Assembly (NCBI RefSeq): GCF_009914755.1
Contig: NC_060937.1
Direction: 5' to 3' (one strand)
Length of the DNA: 64,000 nucleotides
DNA from: the human T2T-CHM13v2.0 reference genome, Homo sapiens
Below the pieces are notes generated by a model. That model was given only the letters and a program-made list of their open reading frames with translations, was not told the origin of the DNA and did no database searches. Of this stretch, positions 47,462 through 60,249 are shown piece by piece (positions within the stretch are counted from its first letter, which is position 1; each line of letters begins with the position of its first letter). The translations under genes were made by a program, and so were the position numbers.

Positions 47462-48122
47462 AATGCTCTTAAAATGATAAATTACAGAAATGCAGAACAA
47501 ACTAGTAGTTGTCAGGAATTAAGTTGGAGTGTAGGAAGAGAAGTAAATGTGGCTATAAAAGGGCAAATGAAAAATTTTTGTAGTGATGAAAGTGTTCGCT
47601 ATCTTGATTATTTCAATGTCATACCTTGATTGTGATATTGTACTTCAGTTTACTGAGATGTTACTGTTATAGGAACCTGGAAAAAGGGTACACAGGACCT
47701 CTCTGTGTTATGTATAACAACTGCATTACTAAATTATTTTAAAAATTTTCTGTACCTTAACCATTTTTAAAGAAAAAGCAAAGGAACAAATAAAATAAAG
47801 GAGTGAGAAATAAAAGAAGCAAGGAAATACAAACTTGCTACCCCTCTCTGAAAAGCTTGTTGATTTTGAGCATTTGGATTAAACCCACAAATCAATTTCC
47901 CGGAGGTACTTCCATAGCCACCTAATTTATTACATATCCTTCTATCTATATACCCTCATAAAACTCTGTTATCTTCCCTTGTATTTGAAAAAATTATTCT
48001 TACATATTTCTGTATATCTAGCTTCTCCATTAGACTGTAAATTGTTTGAATGCAGGCACATATTGATTTTATACTCTCTCTTCTGATGTCTAGAATGATA
48101 TCTAGTTACAAAATAGATCAAA

Positions 48123-48418
48123 GTTGCCCTATAGAAATGTAATATAAGCCATATATATAATTTTAAGTTTTCTAAAATCCATATGTTTTAAAAAGTATAA
48201 CAAAAACAGATGAAAATCATTTTAATAATACATATTTTAATCCAATATATCCAGAATATGAATAGTTAAAATTATTAATATTCTAATTCATTCTATTTTT
48301 TGTATGTCTTTGAAATGCAGTGTGTATATTAGATTTATGACAGCTTGCAATCTAAATAATCCACACTTGTTGGGCTCAGTAGACATAAGTGGCTCGTAGG
48401 TACTGTACTGGAGTGTAT
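48123..48418. mobile_element. MER33 (hAT-Charlie)
   Basis: tagaaatgtaatataagccatatatataattttaagttttcta..gtctttgaaatgcagtgtgtat..gtggctcgtaggtactgtactgga. Confidence 0.75.
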
Positions 48419-49412
48419 GCAAATAGATGTTTTGTGAATACTTATTGGAGAGAGAGATGGAGAATGTGAGGGGAAGTGAATGGGAGGATGGAAGAAAGAA
48501 AAAGAATATTTATAAAAGTGAGGGAGATGGCAGAGATAAGAATTTAATACTTCTGGCTAAAAACACTGATCAAAAGGATCAATTATATGGCCCTTCAGAG
48601 ACAAAATATCTCAGTATTAAGTCAATTGCTTATGTGAATTTGAATTCTAATTTATATAATAATTTAAATAATGTCAAATTTTCATTGTTGTATGAATAGC
48701 ATTTACAAAGAACCTAGCATAAGGATTAATAATAGAATGTCCTCTAAATTGACATTGACTATTATATATGAAAATAATATATATATTTTTACAATAATTT
48801 ATTGCATTTTCTTTGCCTTTCCTTCATCTATTAGAATAGGCAGATATTGCCTATATTTTGTTCTCTGACAAGAAGGAACATATGTGAAGGAAAAAGAATA
48901 TGTTGTGGATTTACCCTGCACAAATGCACAGTCGTTTCTTCATGTGGCTCACATTTCCAGTATCCAATTTTAAAATTTACTGAGTTTTATTTGTTATTAT
49001 GCATAGGTTTAATGCCTAAAAAACATTTTTCTCTCAGTATCTTCTAAATAAAAAGTTCATGTTTTTTCTGCTGTTCAATAAGCCAGATTGTGTGTTTATT
49101 TTGGATCAAACTTACGTGTTTGAATTATGGGTCAAAATGTACCAGCTTTACGATTTTTCTCAATGTACTTCATCTCATTATCTCAGCTTTCCTAATAAAA
49201 GATAGTAACAATGCTATCTTTTTTTTTGCTAGTAACAATACTAGCAAAAACATCACTAGCAAGATTCACAATCTAGCAGCAACATAAAAATGGATAGTTA
49301 TTGGAAATTGCATAATTGTTTTTCAAGTATCAATCTTAATTGCACTACTCTATTATTCCATTGCTCTGTGTTCTTACAGTCTTTATGATGGATTCTTCCA
49401 ATGCTATGTGAT

Positions 49413-49457
49413 TGTGTGTGTGTGCGCGCACGCGCGTGCATGTTTGTGTGTGTGTGT
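49413..49457. repeat. (TG)n/(CG)n alternating purine-pyrimidine tract
   Basis: tgtgtgtgtgtgcgcgcacgcgcgtgcatgt. Confidence 0.9.
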
Positions 49458-50687
49458 AAGAGAGGAAGATAGTGAAGGAGAAGAGTGAGAAAAAAATAGA
49501 TGTTTTCTGCTTTTGTTTAGATATATAAAGTATATTTCTTCCTTCTAAAGTTAAGTGTATTTTAAAATTTCTGCTAGCATTTCCCTCTCATCACCATGCA
49601 CATTTTTGATGGACATATTACTTATGACTCTTTGTTCATATTTATAAAATGAACAAAGTGTTGTTCATGAATATAGACTTTCTGAGACTGTCATAAATTG
49701 GTATAGGAACTAATAGGATTCATTGATGAAAGGAATACAAAAGCTTAGATTAAGTAAAAATCCTAGTACTTTAGGGTTCAGTAATCAATTTACAAGAGAG
49801 TGAGGTTATGTGCCTTTTTTCAGTTAATAAAATGTGTTAATTAATGTCAGCAGTGATGCTCCCATTCAAAGGTAAAAGAAGGTGGGAGCTTAAGTCCTGT
49901 GGTGCTTTGAGTTAGAGTAAGTAGTCCAGGCACATCAAATCTTGCTTTTCACCAAACATGCCCAGTGCCCACATCCAGAAAAACTTAAAGGTTCAAGTTA
50001 CTTATGATACAACTTCAGCAAGTTCCATTTTGCTGCGTTTGCCATTTGGCTGCATTTGCCACAGGCTTTATATTGGCCGTTTTAATTAACTTTGTATCTC
50101 TTTATTGCCCTTCCTGCCCGTTGCTCTTAGAAGTGTTATGTTATCTTACATATTTAATGAGCAGGTTTTATAAGTTCATTAGAAAATCACAATATTCAGT
50201 AGCTTTTAATTTTCAGCATCAAAACATTTCCTTATCTTCTACAAAATAAATTTTTAAAAATTATTTGCAAACTGGCACATATATATGGTTTAATATTTTA
50301 CAATGCGCCTGCATTCAGATACACTCACATACATGTAATAGGAAACATTCTAGCTCTCATAATGATACCGTTTAATATTCTGCTACATGTTTCAGAACTA
50401 CTTTAGTATATTGGTTTTCTATTGCTGTAGTTGTAATTAATATTTCAGTTATCACAGACAAATAAAAAATAAAACAGATAAATAATGTATACTGTTTTAT
50501 GCAATCTAATCGAAAACTAAGTAACTTCATAATAAGCTGTCCAAAGGCTAACAGAAATTTCAGTAGAGAAATGGGGTTGAAGAATTGATTCCGAAAATAA
50601 TACAGAAATGTAGAGGCACACTCCAGTAATCTCTACCATATATAAGAATCTTGCAATTATTTTGCAAGCTATATACATGCCCTTTAC

Positions 50688-51036
50688 TATAAAATATATA
50701 TTTATATATTACATAAAATTATACATAATTATATTCTATAATAAATATTATATAATAAAATATATGTACATTACATATTTATAATATGTAAATATTATGT
50801 AAAAATTATACATATTATACATATATTTTTGATATATAATATACATATTTACATATGTATATTATTTTTATACATATTTTATTTGTATACATATATATTT
50901 ATTTGTATACATATATACATTTATACATATTATTTAAATATGTATATAATATACATATTTACATATGTATATTATATAAAATATATAAATATATGATAAA
51001 ATTATATAATTATATATAAAATTTGTGTATATATAA
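50688..51036. repeat. AT-rich low-complexity (TA-derived) repeat
   Basis: Very AT-rich. Exact 33-bp internal duplicate at 50833 and 50943. Confidence 0.9.
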
Positions 51037-51202
<166 letters not shown>

Positions 51203-51587
51203 TAAAATAATGATATATTACTTCACGTCAGTGTTCTTAATTGGTTTTTATATATGGTTTTATATTTGTTAATATTTAAGTTACAATACACTAAAAAATA
51301 TTGGTCAACACTGAAGATTGGCTACCTCCCTGTGGTTTTAACTTGCTTGTCCCGTAGTCCTGGTCAAGGTGAGACGTATCTAGCCAGCAGTGGATGCAAG
51401 TAAAAGGAGGTCAGAAATATGGAATCATTATTCTAAGATGGAGAAGAAAATATTTATTGTTTAAAATATAATATCTGAAGAAATTTGCAGATACAAGGAG
51501 TTAATTGAGAGACTTTCAGAAATGATATTCCGGATTTTTCTTCAAAAGATAGATGACCGAGTGACAAAGGCAGAATATAGTCTAAAC

Positions 51588-51803
51588 CAGGGGTGGGCAA
51601 ACTTTTTTTAATCAAGGACCGGACAATAAATATTTCAGTGGGCCATATTTCAGTGGGCCACAATAAATATTGTGGGCCATAGATAGTATTTTGTCTTTTA
51701 CTTCCGCTATTTTAAAAATGTAAAAAACAATTCTTAGCTTAAGGACCATACGAAAAGCTGGTGGGCCAAATTTGGCCTGAGGACTATATTACACCTACCC
51801 CGG
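51588..51803 (+). mobile_element. MER58 (hAT-Charlie) with an internal micro-rearrangement
   Basis: Starts caggggtgggcaaactttt, with gggccaaatttggcc near the end. Degenerate 8-bp TSD gtctaaac/ttctagac. Confidence 0.8.
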
Positions 51804-54454
51804 ATTCTAGACATACACAGTACAATAAATGTTTGGAACAGTTACTGAGGAGTAAGATTACAAATCTGTGATAATTTCACAAAAGGATTAATGGGGAGTA
51901 AGATTTTAACAGCATAAACTTGTGAGAATAGGTTAATTCCTGAAGCAAGAGGCCTCAAAATTTGTAATTCACCAGTTTAATTTTAATCATGTTTTACGCT
52001 ATGGTAAACTCTATCTTAAATGCTTTCTTTTTTTAAAAAAATCACTTTTTAAAATTTGGGTAAAATTAGGACATATCAAAAAAGGTAACTTTCAAAAAAA
52101 AGATTCACATTTATTGTAAATATTGACCTATCTGTATATAACAATTACAATTGATATTTGACTTGTGTAATTAATATGTAAACAAAATTATGTATCATTT
52201 TTATTAACTATTAATATATAAATTATTTTATTGGAAAGATGCATTAGCAGTTATTTGGATGAGCAATAAATATGGAGAATAGATCAAAATTAATAAGAAT
52301 TCACATTAAAATAAAGCCTATAGGGAATTTGGCTATGTACACAATCAAATAGTGTTCTCTTTTTTATGTATTTAAATGGTAAAATTAAAAAAAAGCAATT
52401 TTTTAACTCACAAGATTAATGTACATATAAACAAATCTATGTACTATATAAGTAGTACATTCTACATCAGTAGAAATACAGTAAATAATCTGGATGGGTA
52501 AATTGGGTGTTAAAGAATATCTTTAATTCTACAACTGTCACTGATCTTAGGTAGGTTTAGTTCTTTTCCTGGCCAAAAAAAAAAAAAAAAAAAAAGATTG
52601 GATCTTCTGTCTTAAATAAATTCAGGGACATGAGTTCTGTTGTATAAATTCATTTTAGCTTCTGTTGCAATCTTTCTGATTCTGCCGCTTCCTATTTTCA
52701 TTTCTATCACTTTGTTTGAAGGTATGTTTATATCTATACCAGGCAAAGTCTGATGATGTATGTTAGAATACAGGTTATTCTATTGCCTTTCCTACCAAAA
52801 TGTTCCATTTCCCCAATGAACAAATAAAAAACCAGACTCCACAACTCTTACTAAGTTTGTTTTATTTTTAAGTCATTAATCAGAAACCGAAAAGGAATTT
52901 ACCAGAAATCTCCACAAATTTTCAGTTGTAAAAGAAATGAAAATATAAAAGTTAACTTGCTCTGCAGTCTAAGTAAACATTAATGAAAAGATCATATATC
53001 TAGTTCATGTCCTCACATATCTAGAATCACTCATTTCTGTAAAGATAGCTCTATGGTTTTTTTTGCAGTCAATTTACAATGCAATGAATTTTTAGCATTT
53101 TCTTACCATAATAGAAATATAAGTCCTATCATGCTTTGAAAATCCCTTCCTCCTTTACGATGTAGCAGTCATTTGGCATAATTCTTAAACGATGCTACAT
53201 AACAGGAGAGTTGTGAAACCTTGAGCATTCTTTCCTCAATTTTTCTGTCATTGGACAAGTGGCCTTGGCCTCAGATGTTTTTGAACCCTTCCATTTCCCT
53301 CGCCACGATCTCCTCACCTGTCACGGGATCTCTGCCTCTGACATGCAGTGACTCCTGAATATCAGGTGCTGAGGAAGCCTAGCATGTTTTCAGTTTTGAC
53401 TGTCAGCAACCATGTTAAGGAAAGAAAACAGTGACAGTATAGCAAACAAACCAGCACTTTATTTGTTTTTTTTTTTTTCATATGCTTCCATATGGAAGTT
53501 GTTAAATTTGTGTCGGTCGGAATGTCATCACTCCTCACAGAAGAAGTCCATGTCGAAGTGGGTGTGAACAGATTAAATAACTACTGTGAAAACATCTGCA
53601 TCACTCTTCACGATAGTGTGAACATTTAACTCACCCTGTGCTGCATATACTTAGGTGTATCCGATGGTTAATAACGTTTTCCTGTGGGAAGAAATCATTC
53701 ATGGGAATGCTTCATTTCTGTATGATTTTCTGAGCAGTGGCTGCATATCTTTTGCAGATCCTCATTTAGTATCAGTTCACAGATTTTGAGCCCGTGATGT
53801 AAGGCAGGATGTTACTCTTATTGTCCGGTCTGGACATCAATTTCTTTTCTAACTTCCCTAATGAGAACTGAAAGAGACTGAGTTCAATAGATGGATGAGT
53901 AAAGAAACAGACTTGTCTACTCCTTACTTAAGTTGAGCCCAGAGTGGCACTTTCACCCAAGTAACCCCTTCCTCCACACCACATGAGCACACACTACATC
54001 CATAATGTTGATGAGAATGAAAAAATTAAATGAGGAATGTTGTTCATTAAGGAATTTATTTCACATTATGAAGATGAGATCTCTTTGAGATGTAAGTTTA
54101 TAACTCTCTTCGTTTCAAGCTTTTAATTTTACTGAAATTCTGAAACTGATTTCAAGAAGGTGATTTCTTATACCGATTGTTATTCTTAGAATTCAGAATT
54201 ACATATATGTATATATAAAATAAATTAACATTTGATTATAATATACATTAATCTATGTATCTTTTATGGAAGCTATTGAAATCTTGCCTGGCAAACTGTT
54301 AATCTACTATGTTAATGTCATCAGTGATATTACCTTGCCTACAAAATTAAATATGCATCCCTCTAGACTCCTCAGCAGAAACTACGATCCCAGCAGTCTT
54401 TCCAGTCCCTTTTTCAATACTCTCCTATGTATTTAGACGTCTCTACAGAACTAG

Positions 54455-54852
<398 letters not shown>

Positions 54853-56399
54853 TGCCCATGCTGTGTTTTACATGCTTCTGTTTTACTCCAGCTCTGAACT
54901 TATTTAAAAGTTATTTTTCTGAAAATCTTTCAGAAACATGACTTCTGGAATTGTGGCTTGAGGACCCTTCCCAGTAAAACAACAATAACCAGTGAAAATG
55001 AGAAAAATCAATCAACCAGCCCCTGTTTCTACATCGAGCTCCAGAGTAGTGGCTTAGAGATTTTTCTTAGGGAGAAGGAGGCCGTAACAGACAGAGATCT
55101 AAAGTTGTCCCCCAGCCACCTGATTTTATTTGAAATGAAGCAAAGAAAATTCCAGCCTAAGTTTGCTCTCAAAGCAATAGAGATTTTGGTGACAAGCAGT
55201 TAAGAGGAGGCTAGCAGGTAGCTTCATGTAACAACAAGGTGCAATGTGGGCCTGTTAATGTAACAGGGAGAACCTGGGGGAAAGACTAGTAAGAATAGGT
55301 TTCTTGAGTTCAGAACAAATCTGAAAGATTGGCCTTAACAACTACCAATTTTGTACGTATTAGGTAATCGACAACTCGTGTTCACAAGTCCTAGGGAAAA
55401 TAAGTAAATATTTTAACAAATTTAAGCCTCATCTTCTAAAATTATACTTATGTAATTGTCATTTCCTTAAAATCATAGACTTTAAACTTAGTCCTCTAAT
55501 TATATTTTCTTCTGACAATATAACACAGATTGTTTGTGTGTACAAAAACCAACAAAAAGACAGTCATTTGCAGCTATATGTTAGATATGATAACAATATA
55601 CAAAAGGATTTTAAATGTTTTAGGAAACAATTTTAAAAATGAAAACCCGTAAATCCAAAATAAAGAATTTTCTTGGGTTTAAACATGAAGTATAATAAAA
55701 TCATTTAGGTTGAAAGTACATGTATAAATTATACTTGCTATGCGTAATTAAATTATATTTGTTTTTAATTTATATAAATGAAAGAGTTTCCTCTATTTTT
55801 AGTTGAAGGTTTATAAATTGAAATGATAATGCATAGGTGTTTTAGTTTTCTAGTTTGTTTATATTTTTAACACTGGAGGAAATATTTTCGAGGAGAAGTG
55901 ATTATAATCACATAGATTTGCTACATTTAGCAAGGCATTATATGATGGTTTTTATCTGACAAAAACATCTGAAGATGCAAATCAGAAAAACTTTTAGTTT
56001 ATTACTTTAGATGATTATATACAAATCTTAATTCATACACCTTCAGCTTATTATGGGCAGAAAAAATAAATCAAACTACACAGCTAATGAGATGTGCATT
56101 TGGAAAAGAGGTAGTAAAGTAAGGATATTTTCAGGGCTCTTTAAAAGCATTTAGAGATGCATTAAAGATGCCCATTCTTTGAATTTAACATTTCTGTTAC
56201 TTAAAAAATATATGTATAAATCAAATGTGAAAAAACACAGATAACATATGGAAATACAACACAATAGACATACATTTAAATTTGAAAATAAGTTGTAAGA
56301 TGCATTAACTATTTCCCCTGAAATATTCTATTCAAAATCAATATGATTACATTTATAACTTTCTTCGTTCCTCTTCTGTTATTGATCTCAAACTCTACT

Positions 56400-57062
56400 T
56401 TACTTAGACGTGAATATTCTTGTATCTCATAGGTAAAGCCTGGGATATTCACCATAAGATAAGATGGTAACACCTGGGAAACAAAAGCTAATAACATCTT
56501 TTCTACCATAGTGCAAAGCAGTGGTATGAGAAGACAAAAATATCCCATCAATTTGGTAGGAGTGGGATTAAGTAATAACCAGTCATCTGTTGAGTAAAGT
56601 CATAGTGAAAACAGACTCTTACTAGTGGGATTATGCACACTATCCTTGTAGGCTGTTAAATACACCAGTCCACCTCCGTACTAGCTCCCTGCTATTAAGG
56701 AGCATTGCTGCTTCTCAAGCATATTTCTTACTATGTTACTTAGATGTGAATATTATTGTATCTCATGGGTGAAGACTGAGATATTCATCAGAGCATAAGA
56801 TGGTAGCACCTTGGAGACAAAGTTAACGACATCTTTCTGTTGAAGTGCAAAGCATTGATAATAGAAGACAAAAATATCCTATCCATTGTGGTAAGAGTGG
56901 GAATAAGTGATAATGAGCCTTCTATTGTGTAGTCAGAGTGATGACACTTATTTGTGGGACTATGCACAGTCTCTCCTTGTAGGCTGTTACATACAACACC
57001 CCACCTCCAGATCTATACTTACTCCCTGTTCTTAGGGAGCATTGCTACTTCTCAATGCATAT
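56400..57062. repeat. Diverged tandem duplication, two copies, period ~336 bp
   Basis: Copy 1 from 56401 (tacttagacgtgaatatt..) and copy 2 from 56737 (tacttagatgtgaatatt..) are colinear through ggagcattgct.cttctcaa. 10 mismatches in the first 60 aligned nt by hand count. Confidence 0.92.
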
Positions 57063-57081
57063 AGGAGTCTCAGGAGCAAAC

Positions 57082-57586
57082 TGTGAGACAAAGTAGGAAA
57101 CATAAGAATCCACGTTTGCTCATTGCTGCTTCCCAGCATAATTTCATAAAGCCCCTTACTCTGAAGATGTGTAACTCTCTGGAAAGTTACTTTGAAGTCA
57201 AAACAGGATAGAGAACTACACCCCCCCATGTCTCTTGCCTGAATTACTATATTCCTTAAAAGACAATGACACTGGCCCTTGCCTTTCCCTGCACATAAGA
57301 TAACATCTGACAGCCAGCGTTAGCGATTATGCTTCTGCAATCTATATAACCAAATGTGCTTTAGTGATCTATAAGCAGATGTACTGTTATGCCCAAACTT
57401 TGACGTGATTTTGCACGTACTGAATCTTCACCACCTATATGTAAACTGTGAGCTCAAACACTTTGTTGGAGCAGTCGTACAGGACTGTTCCTCGGGTCTA
57501 GGCCTTGGTCTTTCATCCTCTGTAAGACTTCTGAATAAAAACTGGCTTTAATTTTTTAAAAGCTTGACTTTTTTTGTTAGTCGACA
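57082..57586 (+). mobile_element. Solo LTR (LTR47-like; family tentative)
   Basis: TG...CA termini (tgtgagacaaagtagg..ttagtcgaca) and AATAAA at ~57534. Confidence 0.7.
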
Positions 57587-58014
57587 AGACAGTGGATAGA
57601 ACTTGGCCAAACAGCAAAGAGCACTGTGTAAGAAATAATTATGCTATTTTGTGAAGGGCACTCCTGTAACTGTGGGTCACAATTGATGGGGTAGACAGTG
57701 GGAGAAAGGAATGTAGTGACTAGGATCATGTGAAAACCACTCAGACACTCATCCAGGTTTTCCTAGTCAATGACCTATCTGGCATGTGCTTTCTCCATCT
57801 CCCATAGAGAAAACTTCACCTAACCCCAATTATTCACCAGAATGAGAAGTTCCTCCTCCATCAGGGAAAACTGCACCTTCTCATAGTTCTCAAGGTCCCA
57901 GACCAGTACCCTAAAATGCTGGCACATCAATTCTAGACAGCCTGGTGCCAAGCAGCCTGTACATTCACCACAGACAAGGCTTATTCTATTAAAAGAGGGA
58001 GAAAAAAAAGGGGT

Positions 58015-58364
<350 letters not shown>

Positions 58365-58417
58365 CTATAGGAATTCAGACCTAGACTGCCCCAACAAAAG
58401 CCTGAACCCAACATCCT

Positions 58418-59001
58418 TGTGTTCGTTTTCTATGCTACAGATTCACAAATTTAATAGCTTAATGCAACATCCATTTATTATCTCACAGTTTCCATTGGTC
58501 AAAAGACTGGGCACAGCTTAGCTGTGTTCTCTGCTTAAGGTCTCACAAGGGTGATACCAAGGTGTCCAAATAGGCTGCCCTCTCATTTGGGGGCTTGACT
58601 AGGGTTAAGAGGCACTTCCAACCTCCCTGGAGACGTTGGCAGAATTCTTTTTCTTTGTGCTTTCACTCCTAGAGACTACCCCTCTCCTTAATAGTTCACA
58701 ACATGCTGTTTGCTTCTTGAAGGCCACTATTAAAGTGCCTTTCCCCACCCTCTTTAAAGGGCTTTCTCCTGATTAAGTCAGGTAAACCCCAAGTTTACTT
58801 TTTATTAATCAAAAATCAACTGATTTGGGATCTCAATTACATGTGAAAATCCTGTCACCTTTATCCTATAACATAACCTAATCACTGGAGCAAAATTGTA
58901 TTACATTCATCATCCCCTGGCCCAGCGGCAAGTGGAGAGGATTATACGGGTTGTGAGCAGGAGGGAATCTTAGGAGTCATCTTAAAAGTTGGCCTACCTC
59001 A
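58418..59001 (-). mobile_element. MLT1F/G-like MaLR LTR
   Basis: catttattatctcacagtttc..gggcacagcttagctg..ggtctcacaagg..aattacatgtgaaaatcc..catcttaaaagttggcctacctca. Confidence 0.8.
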
Positions 59002-59465
59002 ATGCTTTCCTGTATATGATGGGTGGATTAGGAACTCTTATGCCTTCTATTTTTTATTGGTCTTTTGGTTTGTGTTTCTCTTCTGCAATAAATCCTATTT
59101 ATTAATCTATTCATTTTAGAATTCAAATAGATGTATGAATGCCAAATGGAGAGCCATATGGGGCTCATATGGTATGGCAAGTTGACAGATTGCCCAACTG
59201 GGAGGTTCACAGTATCTCCCCATTTTGTTTCAAGAGGGGAGTGTCTATGTATATATGTGTGTGCTAAGAAGAATAATGTTTACAATAGTTTTCTCAACCC
59301 CATCTGCCTTCTTTGCGTGTTGGAGAGGCATTAAAGTATAACAATGCAGATTGTAAATACCAGAATTGACTGCTTGTGTTTGACTGGTCATTCACTATTT
59401 ACTAATAGGGCAACTTACTTACATCCTTTGTGCCTTTTTTTATCATTATAGAGAAGATCTAGATG

Positions 59466-59840
59466 CAATACATCCCCTTTACACATGGTTTCACTTCCAG
59501 GGCTTCAGTTATCCATGGTCAACTGTAGTGTGAAAATAGGTGAGTGCAGTACCATGAAATGCTTTGAGAGAGAGAGAGAGATACCACATTTGCATAACTT
59601 TTATTACAGTACCACATTATTTTACTTTATTATGTTATGCTTTTAATATCCTATTGTGCCTAACTGATTAATTAAACTATATTTATCCCCTGGGCCAGGG
59701 GATGATGAATGTAATACAATTTTGCTCCAGTGTATATATAAGACAAATTATAGTAAACATAGGGTTTGGTAGTATCTGCAGATTCAGGAATTCACTGGGG
59801 GACTTGGAACATATGCCCCATGGATAAGGGGGAACAACTG
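59466..59840 (+). mobile_element. MER44A (Tigger-derived), nested in a MIR remnant
   Basis: ttcagttatccatggtcaactgtagtgtgaaaataggtgagt..gagagagagataccacatt..ggataagggggaacaactg. Confidence 0.85.
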
Positions 59841-60022
59841 TCGTACATTCCTCAGATGGTGCCACTGATGCAAAATTGATTGCTGTTTGTGTAAATGGAA
59901 GTTTTCATTTATTTCAGTGTTTCCATGGGTAGTCAATTAGAGAAATTGGGGAGAAAGGTTTCTAGGCTTGCTATCAGGGTAATTTGAAACAGGAAATCCC
60001 AGTTCTAAATATTTGAAAAAAT

Positions 60023-60249
60023 AGCCTGGGCAACATAGCGAGACCTCATTACTACCAAAAAAAAAAAAAAAAAAAGCATTTAAAAAGTTAGCCAGGTATA
60101 GTGGTGTGCACCTGTAGTCCTGGCTACTCAGGAGGTTGAGGTGAAAGGGTCACTTGAGCCCAGGAATTCAATGCTACAGTGAGATATGATTACACTACTG
60201 CACTCCAGCATGGGTGACAAAGTGAGACACTGTCTCTAAAAAAAAAAAA
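60023..60249 (+). mobile_element. 5'-truncated AluJ
   Basis: agcctgggcaacatagcgagacc and cacttgagcccaggaattc..gctacagtgag are J diagnostics. Confidence 0.92.

Noticed and set aside
56309-56551. 80-aa minus-strand ORF overlapping the 336-bp duplication
   Set aside because: No equivalent ORF is listed for copy 2, the copies differ by small indels, and there is no recognisable domain.
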